Shown here: positions 1 to 8,249 of the stretch, piece by piece
How positions within the stretch are numbered: position 1 is the stretch's first letter
How the letters are laid out: each line of letters begins with the position of its first letter
Source of the DNA: Actinomycetota bacterium
GTDB taxonomy: Bacteria; Actinomycetota; Actinomycetes; S36-B12; UBA5976
DNA: 64,000 bases
Assembly (NCBI GenBank): GCA_046048135.1
Contig: JBJOGR010000050.1
Span: 4,180-68,179 of the forward strand
Reading direction: 5' to 3'
Notes under the pieces: generated by a model
Told to the model about the DNA's origin: nothing
What the model saw: the letters and a program-made list of their open reading frames with translations, nothing else
Databases searched by the model: none
Translations under genes and position numbers: made by a program

Positions 1-1
1 T

Positions 2-202
2 AAATCAAGTTTAAGAGACTTAATGTTACATAAAATTAATGTACAAATAAAATTGATAAATCAACTTTGTTTTTCAGGGACTTTGAATAATTTCTTTAAT
101 GACCATTTTGATCTGGTAAATGATGGGGAAAAAATAACTTTAAATACTGAAGCAATTTCGTGGGTCAAATATAAAAGTGAACTAGAAGTGTTTAGTAAAT
201 GA
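2..202 (+). CDS. 3' end of an unidentified ORF entering from the left edge (...KYKSELEVFSK*)
   Basis: By my own translation, the frame starting at nt 2 is open to TGA 200-202. Its stop overlaps the next ATG (ATGA at 199-202), suggesting translational coupling. No recognisable motif. An in-window ATG at 23 is an alternative start. Confidence 0.3.
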   Translation, partial: KSSLRDLMLHKINVQIKLINQLCFSGTLNNFFNDHFDLVNDGEKITLNTEAISWVKYKSELEVFSK

Positions 203-789
203 AAAAGACGATGGGATTTAAAATAAAAAATTATAAAATGATCTATGTCATTTCAGCACTTATTGTTTTCAGTCTTACAGTCAGCAATCTTTATTTCTCT
301 GCAGAAAACGCAAAAAAAAGAGCTAATTATTGGGTGGCAAAAAAACCTATACCGATAGGCCAGATCATAAGAAGTACAGATGTAGAACTAAAAGCATTAG
401 ATCTTGGAGATATCAATAAGAGTTATCTTGAGCAAGATAAAAATCCAGTTGGGTTATTTGCAAAAAAAGTTATCAATTCAAATGAATTGATTGCAGAAAG
501 CTTTATTGGTAAAGGTTCAACGTATAGAAATGTTTCTCTAAAAATACCTAATGGACACTTACCCCCTAATTTGAAAGAAAATGATGAAGTCGATGTTTGG
601 TTTAGTGATCCACTAACAAATTCATCAGCACTTCTGATTCCAAGGATTTCTGTAGTTTGGGTTGATGAATTAAACACTAATTTTGGAGGAGTTTCCACTG
701 TGGTAGTTGCGACACCACAAGACTTAGTTGCAACTTTAATTAAATCATCAAGAACCGAAGGATTGGATTTAGTTCAAATTGAAAACTGA
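199..789 (+). CDS. SAF/CpaB-like small membrane-anchored protein (Flp/Tad pilus assembly CpaB-type)
   Basis: 196 aa. It has one N-terminal TM helix (IYVISALIVFSLTVSNLYF) followed by a beta-rich domain. It lies immediately upstream of, and overlaps, a TadZ/CpaE-like gene. The family assignment comes from architecture and context only. Confidence 0.5.
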   Translation: MKKTMGFKIKNYKMIYVISALIVFSLTVSNLYFSAENAKKRANYWVAKKPIPIGQIIRSTDVELKALDLGDINKSYLEQDKNPVGLFAKKVINSNELIAESFIGKGSTYRNVSLKIPNGHLPPNLKENDEVDVWFSDPLTNSSALLIPRISVVWVDELNTNFGGVSTVVVATPQDLVATLIKSSRTEGLDLVQIEN

Positions 790-2005
790 AATTATTTTAG
801 GTTTGAATGACCAAGCTTGGCAGCTAGAGTTAATAAGCAACTTAAATGAAGATGCTAGTTTAGTCATTAAAAGAAGATGTATTGACGCTATCGATTTAAT
901 TTCATGTATCCAAACCAATAATTCTGTAGTTGTTGTTATTAGTGCTGATTTTCCACTTCTTAATTTAGAAACTATTAAACATATAAATCAAAATCAGATC
1001 AAAATTATTGGGGTCTATCAAATAGATGATTTAGATCAATTTGAGAAATTAAAAAAATTTGGACTTAAATATACTCAAGGAATAAATTATAAAGATGTAG
1101 AAACTTCTGCATTGCAGTTATTTGATTTAATAAAATCAAAAGAACCGGAAAAATCAAAGGAAGAAACTATTCCTGGTTTAATTTCTGTTTGGGGAAATCA
1201 TAGTGCCCCTGGTAGAACCACTGTTGCGATAAACACCGCATTTTGTCTGGCTAGAGCTAATCAACCCACGTTGTTATTGGATTTAGATTCAATAGCGCCC
1301 TCAATTGCTTCTACTTTAAGTATCGTCAGTGAAATTCCTGGTATATCTTCAACAATTCACGATGCCATGTATGGAAAATTATCAAAATCAAACTTTGATA
1401 AAAATATTTTTCAAGTTTCACACAATCTACATGTAATGACTGGAATTTCTAATTCAAAAAGATGGCCTGAATTAAGAACCACTGGGCTAATTGAAGTTTT
1501 AAAATTTGCAAGTCAAAATTATGCAAATATAGTTTGTGATTTAAGTTCAGTTTTGCCAGATCAAATAGAAAAAGATAATTTTGATCCAGGTTTTTTTAAA
1601 AGATTTGATCACATACCAAAAGTTTTAAGACTATCAAGCAAAATAATTTATGTTATGCAAGCAAATCCACTTTCATTGATTAGATGCAATGAACAATTAG
1701 AAATACTTAAAGAAATTAGCACCTTAGAACCTTTCATAGTTCTAAATAGAGTAAATCAAATATATTTAGGTAAAAAGTACGAAAGCTTAATTAATGATAT
1801 TTTGCTAAGATGGACAGTTATTGAAAATGTAATAAAAGTGGAAGAGGATATAGAACTTTTTGCAAAATATTGGTTGAAGGCTCAAGTAGTTGTAAATAAA
1901 GAGAATAGAAACGTAACAGAATCATTCAATCTATTAGCAAGTTACTTAATGAATTTTAATTTTATTGCAAAGAAAGGAAATAGAAAACTAAAGACGGCAA
2001 GTTAG
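779..2005 (+). CDS. TadZ/CpaE/Ssd-like ParA/MinD-family protein with N-terminal pseudo-receiver domain and degenerate Walker A
   Basis: 408 aa. The N-terminal ~130 aa is CheY-like (VVVISADFP). The central motif WGNHSAPGRTTVAINTAFCLA...LLLDLD occupies the place of the MinD/ParA xKGGxGK[ST]T P-loop and Walker A' LLDLD. The start is TTG and overlaps the upstream stop by 11 nt. Confidence 0.6.
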   Translation: MKTEIILGLNDQAWQLELISNLNEDASLVIKRRCIDAIDLISCIQTNNSVVVVISADFPLLNLETIKHINQNQIKIIGVYQIDDLDQFEKLKKFGLKYTQGINYKDVETSALQLFDLIKSKEPEKSKEETIPGLISVWGNHSAPGRTTVAINTAFCLARANQPTLLLDLDSIAPSIASTLSIVSEIPGISSTIHDAMYGKLSKSNFDKNIFQVSHNLHVMTGISNSKRWPELRTTGLIEVLKFASQNYANIVCDLSSVLPDQIEKDNFDPGFFKRFDHIPKVLRLSSKIIYVMQANPLSLIRCNEQLEILKEISTLEPFIVLNRVNQIYLGKKYESLINDILLRWTVIENVIKVEEDIELFAKYWLKAQVVVNKENRNVTESFNLLASYLMNFNFIAKKGNRKLKTAS

Positions 2006-2022
2006 GCACTAAAGTAGTACAT

Positions 2023-2682
2023 ATGTCTAAGAGTCTCATTCTGCCAAAAGCACTCATTGTTGACTGGGGTGGAGTTTTAACTAATGGTTTAGATCATATG
2101 TTGACCAATTGGACCAAACAAGAAAATATAGATCTTCAAACTTATTACAAAGTTTTTAATGATTGGCTTGGACCTGAAGCTGAAAAAGAATTAAGAATTA
2201 ATCCCATTCATGCCCTAGAAAAAGGCGAAATGAATGTTCCTGACTTTGAAAAAGAATTAGCTCATGCATTAAAAACACTTGGAAATATTGAAGTTGAGCA
2301 AGAAGGTTTGCTTTCAAGAATGTTTGATTTTTTTGAGCATGCTCCTGACATGAATGGTCTTGTTCATAGAGCAAAGAAAATGGGTTTTAAAACTGCATTA
2401 CTTTCTAATTCCTGGGGGAATAATTATCCTAGAAATGGTTGGGATGAAATGTTTGATGAAGTTGTTATCTCTGGCGAGGTAGGAATGCGTAAACCTGATC
2501 CTGAGATTTTCCATCACACTTTAGATCTGTTAAAAGTTAACCCAGAAGAATCTGTATTTGTAGATGATCTAGTTCACAATATTAAAGGAGCCAGTGAGTT
2601 AGGAATGATAGGAGTTTTGCACGTTGATTATGAAAGTACCAAGTTTGAATTGGAAAGTATTTTTAATACTAAATTTGATTAA
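2023..2682 (+). CDS. HAD-superfamily hydrolase (subfamily IA variant 3 / epoxide-hydrolase N-terminal-domain-like phosphatase)
   Basis: Motif I is IVDWGGVLT, motif II is LLSNS, motif III is the Lys in MRKPDPEIF, and motif IV is VFVDD. Confidence 0.75.
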   Translation: MSKSLILPKALIVDWGGVLTNGLDHMLTNWTKQENIDLQTYYKVFNDWLGPEAEKELRINPIHALEKGEMNVPDFEKELAHALKTLGNIEVEQEGLLSRMFDFFEHAPDMNGLVHRAKKMGFKTALLSNSWGNNYPRNGWDEMFDEVVISGEVGMRKPDPEIFHHTLDLLKVNPEESVFVDDLVHNIKGASELGMIGVLHVDYESTKFELESIFNTKFD

Positions 2683-3136
2683 TTGGCCAACTAGTAAGTA
2701 GTTGAAAATCTTTTTGGACCAACTTCTTCCAAAACTTTGCTACATGTTCTTCGACAAAACTTCCCATCATAAAAACTGTTGATTTTATTTCTGATTTAAC
2801 TTGAAATTCACTTTTGCCATTTTTTATTAATTCAACTTCAATTGTTGTCTGAATTTTAGGTATTTTTATTATAACTAAAATTTTATCTTTCTCTTCTAAG
2901 TTCCATACTTCTGTAATTTCAAAAGGGTTAGTTACCATAGCTGAGATATTTGAAGCTAAATCTATTTCTAAAACTTTTTTAATGGTAAATTGCGAAGTTA
3001 TATTAGATTGTATTTCATAATTTATTAAATTAGTCTCTTTATTTCTAAGTTTTTGAAATTCATCATTTTGAATAACTTTTTTTAGTTGATTTAAATCAAG
3101 ATTACTTTCAAATTTTTGTATCAAAGTTAAAGCCAT
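2669..3136 (-). CDS. Hypothetical protein, possibly SRPBCC/DUF2505-like fold
   Basis: 155-aa ORF filling the gap between two + strand genes. It is beta-rich with a C-terminal amphipathic helix (VEEHVAKFWKKLVQKDF). It has no catalytic motif, and the fold guess is weak. Confidence 0.4.
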   Translation of the reverse strand: MALTLIQKFESNLDLNQLKKVIQNDEFQKLRNKETNLINYEIQSNITSQFTIKKVLEIDLASNISAMVTNPFEITEVWNLEEKDKILVIIKIPKIQTTIEVELIKNGKSEFQVKSEIKSTVFMMGSFVEEHVAKFWKKLVQKDFQLLTSWPINQI

Positions 3137-3145
3137 GTAACTACT

Positions 3146-4024
3146 TTGCCAGACAAACCTGATAAGTTATACTTCATGTCAGCATTTTTAGCACTCATCT
3201 CTAGTTTGATGTGGGGTACTGCTGATTTTTTTGGTGGTTTTGTTAGTAAAAAAATTTCTGCTGTAAAAGTTTTAGTATTGTCTTATCCTGCTGGTTTATT
3301 TTTTCTATTGATCTACGCCTTTATGTTGCCAGGAACAATTTCTGATCAAGCCATTTATCTAGGTCTAATTGCAGGATTAGTTGGAATTTTGGCGATGGGA
3401 TTTTTGTACGTAGCACTTGCAATTGGACCAATGGGAGTTATGAGTCCTGTAACAGCAGCTGCTTCAACAATGATTCCCATTATTGCCGGAATATTTTTTG
3501 GTGAAAATTTAACTTGGTTGGCATGGATAGGTATTGGACTTGCAATAATTTCTGTGTTCCTAGTAAGTCTTGAGACTTCTCCAACTGGAAGTAAATTAAT
3601 CGTAAGTGGAAAAGGTCTAGCGTTAGCAATACTTTCTGGATTATTGATAGGTACTTTTCTTTCGATAGTTGGATTTTCATCTGAAGCAAATGGAATGTGG
3701 ACTTTAGTATTTGCCAGGGCAACTTCCTCTGCTTTAGTAATTATTTTCTTTTTTGTAAAAATTAAGGAAAAACTAAAAATTGGCTATGACTCGAAAACGT
3801 TGTCACTCGTTTTAATTTCTGGTGCGTTAGATGCAAGCGCTAATGCAGTTTTTGTGATTGCTGCCTACCAAGGTTCTGTTTCAATTAATGCAGTTATTGC
3901 CTCTTTATACCCGGCAGCAACAGTGATTTTGGCAGCAGCGTTTTTAGGAGAGAAATTAAGACTTATTCAATATCTTGGAATAAGTTTTGCATTTGTTGCC
4001 GCAGGAATCTTATCTTTAGTTTAA
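3146..4024 (+). CDS. EamA/DMT-family transporter
   Basis: 292 aa with about 10 predicted TM helices in two similar halves, which is typical of drug/metabolite transporter (EamA) proteins. The start could be TTG 3146 or ATG 3176. Confidence 0.75.
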   Translation: MPDKPDKLYFMSAFLALISSLMWGTADFFGGFVSKKISAVKVLVLSYPAGLFFLLIYAFMLPGTISDQAIYLGLIAGLVGILAMGFLYVALAIGPMGVMSPVTAAASTMIPIIAGIFFGENLTWLAWIGIGLAIISVFLVSLETSPTGSKLIVSGKGLALAILSGLLIGTFLSIVGFSSEANGMWTLVFARATSSALVIIFFFVKIKEKLKIGYDSKTLSLVLISGALDASANAVFVIAAYQGSVSINAVIASLYPAATVILAAAFLGEKLRLIQYLGISFAFVAAGILSLV

Positions 4025-4116
4025 ATTCAGACATACCAAATTAGGTACTTACTTAAAATTATTAATTTATAAAATTAAAAATATATTTTATTATTGGGTA
4101 ACTAAAGGTGGTTCTT

Positions 4117-4947
4117 ATGAGTTACCAAAGTCCGAATTTAGCAAGATCTTTATTTCGCACTAAACCTGTGCCTAATTCAAAGCAAGATCGAATTCTTGGT
4201 GCATTAATGGGGGCTGCGATTGGTGATGTAATGGGAAGTTGTTTACAAGGTAAAAGTAAGGAAGAAATTACCAGTATTTATGGAGAAAAAGGAATTACTG
4301 CTCCACCTCATGATTCATTAATAAGTCATAACTTTCAATTAGTTCTCTTTGCAATCGATGCATTAATTGTTAATGCTAGGAAGAATAAAAAATTGAGTAT
4401 AACTGAAATATCAAATTGTCTTCTTAAGGCAAGGGATGAATGGACTGAAATATTACTTAAACCAAGATTTATAGGTGATAATAAAGACAATATAAATAAT
4501 ATTTGTTCTAATTTTATGAAAAATCATCCATTATGGAAAGTAAAAAGGAAAAACCAAAATTACCTTCTTAATTCGAAGGCTAATCAAATAGTTCCTTTAG
4601 CAATTGCATTATTTTTATTTGCCAATGAGAGAACATCTAGAGAAGTTATTAAAGAGTTGAACAAAAAACTAGGTTTTCCAGAAGTAGATTTACAAATATC
4701 AAATGTTTTAAATCTATTTGGAGAAAGAGTAGAAGCATCGAAAGAAGTGATTTTTCATAGCATGGAGGAAATCAGAATTAAAATAAATAATTCTAAATCT
4801 CCAGCACTTGAAGGCCTTATTGGTGGATTTGAACAAGGCGCTCATTATGGAATAAAAGGATTTAAAAATCTTTGGTACTTAAGAATTGATGCAATAAATT
4901 TAATTGAACAAATGGGTTGGCAAGTTGGTCGATTTTTTGGAATTTAG
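4117..4947 (+). CDS. ADP-ribosylglycohydrolase-family-like protein (degenerate)
   Basis: The N-terminal ILGALMGAAIGDVMGS matches the hallmark GxxxGxAxGDAxG opening of the ARH/DraG family. ATG 4117 lies 6-7 nt after the SD AAAGGTGG and is preferred over GTG 4108. The C-terminal metal motif is not conserved (see findings). Confidence 0.55.
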   Translation: MSYQSPNLARSLFRTKPVPNSKQDRILGALMGAAIGDVMGSCLQGKSKEEITSIYGEKGITAPPHDSLISHNFQLVLFAIDALIVNARKNKKLSITEISNCLLKARDEWTEILLKPRFIGDNKDNINNICSNFMKNHPLWKVKRKNQNYLLNSKANQIVPLAIALFLFANERTSREVIKELNKKLGFPEVDLQISNVLNLFGERVEASKEVIFHSMEEIRIKINNSKSPALEGLIGGFEQGAHYGIKGFKNLWYLRIDAINLIEQMGWQVGRFFGI

Positions 4948-5687
4948 TTTGTTTGAATAAACAAGTAAATTGCAGCAAAAGCTGCAATGAATAAAATTAT
5001 AACTCTAAAAATCGAGGCATCTAATTTTTGAGCAATCCTTCCTCCTAAAACTCCACCAATTATTGAACCAAGTGCAACAGATAAAGCAAACTTCCAAACA
5101 ACTAACCCAGAAAGAATAAATATCAATGCTGCTACTGCATTTCCGGCACCTGAACCTAGATTTTTTAACCCATTTGCTTGTTGGATGTTGGCTAATCCAG
5201 CTAAGCCATAAACTGCCAAAAGAATCACCCCTGTTCCAGCACCAAAATATCCAACATAAATTCCTGAAATGATAAATCCTGGAATAATTAATTTAAGGGA
5301 TACATTTTTACTTTTTTTCGGAAATAACTTATAAACAAACGGTTGTATTGCTACCAATAATCCCGCAGTTCCAATTAAGAAAGGAACAATGAATTCAAAA
5401 TTCTTTTCTGGCAATCTAAGAAGTAATAGTGCGCCAAAAAAGGAAAAGACGGGCATGAATATTACTGAAAGAAAAGCTAATTTTTTGTTTTCTAGTAACA
5501 ATTTTCTGTAAGTCCAACTTCCAGCAAGCGATCCTGGAAAGACTCCAACAGCGGCCGTAACATTTGCCACTAGTGGAGAAAGTCCTAAAGCAACAAGAGT
5601 TGGAAAGACTATTAGAGTTCCTCCACCTGCAACAACATTTAAGAAACCACTTGCCATTCCTGCAAAAAGTGCAAGCAATAACTCCAT
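4944..5687 (-). CDS. TauE/SafE (DUF81) family sulfite/anion exporter-like membrane protein
   Basis: 247 aa. The N-terminal GFLNVVAGGGTLIVFPTLVALG and repeated Gly-rich TM helices are typical of TauE/SafE. Confidence 0.75.
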   Translation of the reverse strand: MELLLALFAGMASGFLNVVAGGGTLIVFPTLVALGLSPLVANVTAAVGVFPGSLAGSWTYRKLLLENKKLAFLSVIFMPVFSFFGALLLLRLPEKNFEFIVPFLIGTAGLLVAIQPFVYKLFPKKSKNVSLKLIIPGFIISGIYVGYFGAGTGVILLAVYGLAGLANIQQANGLKNLGSGAGNAVAALIFILSGLVVWKFALSVALGSIIGGVLGGRIAQKLDASIFRVIILFIAAFAAIYLFIQTN

Positions 5688-6265
5688 TACTTTTTAATTA
5701 TTTTCCAAGTAAATGGTAATAATGAAGCTGCTAGTAGAGCTTTTAATATGTCACCAAAAATAAAAGGAATTACTCCTTTAGAAATTCCATAAGCTAAACC
5801 ATTACCGGTGTAAAAGGCTAACCAAGTAGCACCAAAAAAATAAATCAGAAAAGTACCTATAAAGAAACCAACCAATACATTAATAAATTTACGAGTAGAA
5901 AATTGTTTTGCCACATATCCAACAACAAAACTTGCTACCAAAAAAGCAATCAGATAACCGGTTGTCGCACCAAAAAGTGCTTCGACTCCACCTTTGTCGG
6001 ATGCTAAAACTGGAAAGCCAATTGCGGCGATAAGTAAATATAAGAATTGAGCAATTGTTGATTTGTATGGACCTATTGCTGCTGCTCCAAACAAAATTGC
6101 AAAAGTTTGCAGTGTTAAAGGCACAGGAGTAAAAGGAAGTGGAATTACAACTTGTGCGCTAATTATTGTTAAAAGCGTAAGTGCACCAATTTGTACATAT
6201 GCTGAACTTCTAGATTTTTCCCAAATTGAATCAATTACGTAAGGAGAAGATATAGCTGTGCTCAA
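5687..6265 (-). CDS. bioY: Biotin transporter S-component BioY
   Basis: 192 aa with 6 TM helices. It contains PLTLQTFAILFGAA...GYLIAFLVASFVVGY, as in BioY. Its stop overlaps the downstream start (TAATG). No bioMN genes are adjacent. Confidence 0.8.
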   Translation of the reverse strand: MSTAISSPYVIDSIWEKSRSSAYVQIGALTLLTIISAQVVIPLPFTPVPLTLQTFAILFGAAAIGPYKSTIAQFLYLLIAAIGFPVLASDKGGVEALFGATTGYLIAFLVASFVVGYVAKQFSTRKFINVLVGFFIGTFLIYFFGATWLAFYTGNGLAYGISKGVIPFIFGDILKALLAASLLPFTWKIIKK

Positions 6266-6293
6266 ATTAAATCCTTTTCTAGGTGACTAGATG

Positions 6294-7232
6294 TTACCAA
6301 TTAACTTCATTTTTAGAAGGAGGATTGGCGCCCTGTCTTGAGCAAGTCACACCTGATGCATGGGCACAATTCTTAAGTATGACTTCTAATTCATGCTTAT
6401 TCAATTTTTTTAATTTTTGAAGTGTAGTTATTTGCTTCTCAATTAATTGAGCAAGAAAAGCTGCTGAAAAAGTGTCTCCGGCACCAATTGTGTCTTCTAC
6501 TTTAATTATTTGTGCGGGAATTTCAAATTCATTTTCGTCACTTGTAATTATCCAAGCACCATTTTTACCTCTTGTTATTATTACGATCTCAGTTCCAGTA
6601 TTTATAAGTTTTCTAGCGAATTCTTGATAATTATTAGTTTGCGCAATCCATTCAAAATCCTCATCACTAGCTTTAACAATATGAGAAATGGAACAAAGTC
6701 TTTTTGCCCTATTTCTTACGTCTTCAGATTTTTGTCCATCTAGTGGATGACGAATGTTTGGATCAAAACTAAGTAATAATTGAGTTTCTTTTCTTAATTT
6801 GGTAAACCAGTTTTCAACATGTGAAGCTCCAGGTTCTACATAAGAAGTGAGAGATCCTAAATGAACATAAGAAAAGTTACTTTGATCAAATTCAAGTTCG
6901 TTAAAGTTCCATCCAAAGTCTGATGCACCAATTAAATTAGCTTCATATTTAGCAGATCTATCATTTTGTATATAAGCTTTAATAACTGTTGAAGGTTCTT
7001 TTCCAATAACACCCAAACTTAAATTTACATTTTCACTTTCTAAATATTGTCTTATTATTGTTCCAAATTCATCACTTGAAGTTCGTGATTTCATAAAAGT
7101 ATCTACGCCTAATCTTGATAAAGCAACCGCCGTGTTAGCAGGGGAGCCTCCTACAATTTTTTGTATCTGACCATCAGGAGAATGAACTACGTCAATTAAG
7201 GCTTCACCTATCACAAGTATCTTTGAATTCAT
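6294..7232 (-). CDS. PfkB-family sugar kinase (fructokinase-like)
   Basis: Contains VIGEALIDVV...GGSPANTAVALSRLG and the C-terminal PfkB signature DTIGAGDTFSAAF. Confidence 0.8.
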   Translation of the reverse strand: MNSKILVIGEALIDVVHSPDGQIQKIVGGSPANTAVALSRLGVDTFMKSRTSSDEFGTIIRQYLESENVNLSLGVIGKEPSTVIKAYIQNDRSAKYEANLIGASDFGWNFNELEFDQSNFSYVHLGSLTSYVEPGASHVENWFTKLRKETQLLLSFDPNIRHPLDGQKSEDVRNRAKRLCSISHIVKASDEDFEWIAQTNNYQEFARKLINTGTEIVIITRGKNGAWIITSDENEFEIPAQIIKVEDTIGAGDTFSAAFLAQLIEKQITTLQKLKKLNKHELEVILKNCAHASGVTCSRQGANPPSKNEVNW

Positions 7233-7258
7233 TATTTAATTATATTTAAATTAAATAA

Positions 7259-8077
7259 TTATCGTCTACGTACTTTTTGAATTACTTTGTAAATTGCTAC
7301 CAGTAAGGCAAGGAGTAGTAGCCAAGGAATTACAAGTCCGATAATTGAAGTTAAATTAATAATTAAATTAAGGATTGCGTAAAAGCCTTTTTCAATTCCT
7401 TGAATAAACCCAAGTGGCTTTACTGCGTTTAGATATTCAGGAAGATACATAGAAATATAAATTGCAGACATTTCGACTTGTTGGCTCAAATATTTCATTT
7501 GAGCATTCAAGGAATCTAATTCTGCTTGTCTTTCTGCAAGAGCGCTTTCAGCTGCTATCAGATCCGATGCATTTGTAGCACTTGTAATTAATTCCTTAAA
7601 TCTTGCAATTGATGTTTCAAGAGATGAAATTCTTGCCTCAAGGTCAACCTTTTGCATAGTCACATCAGATGATGAAAGTGAGTAGTTTTCAACTTCCCCA
7701 ATAGATCTTAATTTTTCAATTGCATTTTCTAATTGATCTGCAGGAACTCTTATAGTTAAATTTGCACCAGTTATTTCATTATTTCCAGGATTCTTATATA
7801 TCGAAGAGTCGTCAACCTGACCATTAAATTCTTTTGCAATTGAAGTTGCTTCATCAACTGATTTTTGTATGTCTTTTACTCGAACTCCAAGTGACGCTGT
7901 TTTTATTACTGAGCGGGTATCAACAGCAGTAGCCATTTTGTTATCCATCAAAATTTCTGTACCTGTCATGGGCATAGATGCATCGCTAGAACTTGACGAA
8001 ATTGTTGAAGTAGTACCACAAGCAGAAAGAGCAAAAAATACAAATAGAGTGCCTAAAATGCTTATTCTCTTATTCAT
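7259..8077 (-). CDS. DUF4349-like lipoprotein with coiled coil and C-terminal TM anchor
   Basis: It has a lipobox signal (FFALSAC-G). A central coiled-coil region (LEARISSLETSIARFKELI...AERQAELDSLNAQMKYL) is followed by a C-terminal TM segment. Confidence 0.6.
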   Translation of the reverse strand: MNKRISILGTLFVFFALSACGTTSTISSSSSDASMPMTGTEILMDNKMATAVDTRSVIKTASLGVRVKDIQKSVDEATSIAKEFNGQVDDSSIYKNPGNNEITGANLTIRVPADQLENAIEKLRSIGEVENYSLSSSDVTMQKVDLEARISSLETSIARFKELITSATNASDLIAAESALAERQAELDSLNAQMKYLSQQVEMSAIYISMYLPEYLNAVKPLGFIQGIEKGFYAILNLIINLTSIIGLVIPWLLLLALLVAIYKVIQKVRRR

Positions 8078-8249
8078 CTAATCTCCCATGATTTTAATTA
8101 ATACTTTCATTTATCATGTTTTATTGCAATTTTCACACGATAACAATCATTTAACTTTTCGATTTCATTTAGATAACTTTTTGAATTGAAGTGTCTAAAA
8201 CTTAACTATATGATGTATTTGTAAATATCTTCGAAAATGTGAGGCAAAC

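Noticed and set aside
2023-2682. HAD hydrolase motif I reads DWGGV, so it lacks the second Asp (general acid/base).
   Set aside because: As far as I recall, D-x-G-G-V is the normal motif of the epoxide-hydrolase-N-terminal-like HAD-IA subgroup. It is therefore probably a family trait, not an anomaly.
7231-7259. An 11-bp inverted repeat, ATTATTTAATT...AATTAAATAAT, between the DUF4349 and PfkB genes.
   Set aside because: It is composed solely of A/T in an AT-rich spacer, so the stem would be very weak and is expected by chance.
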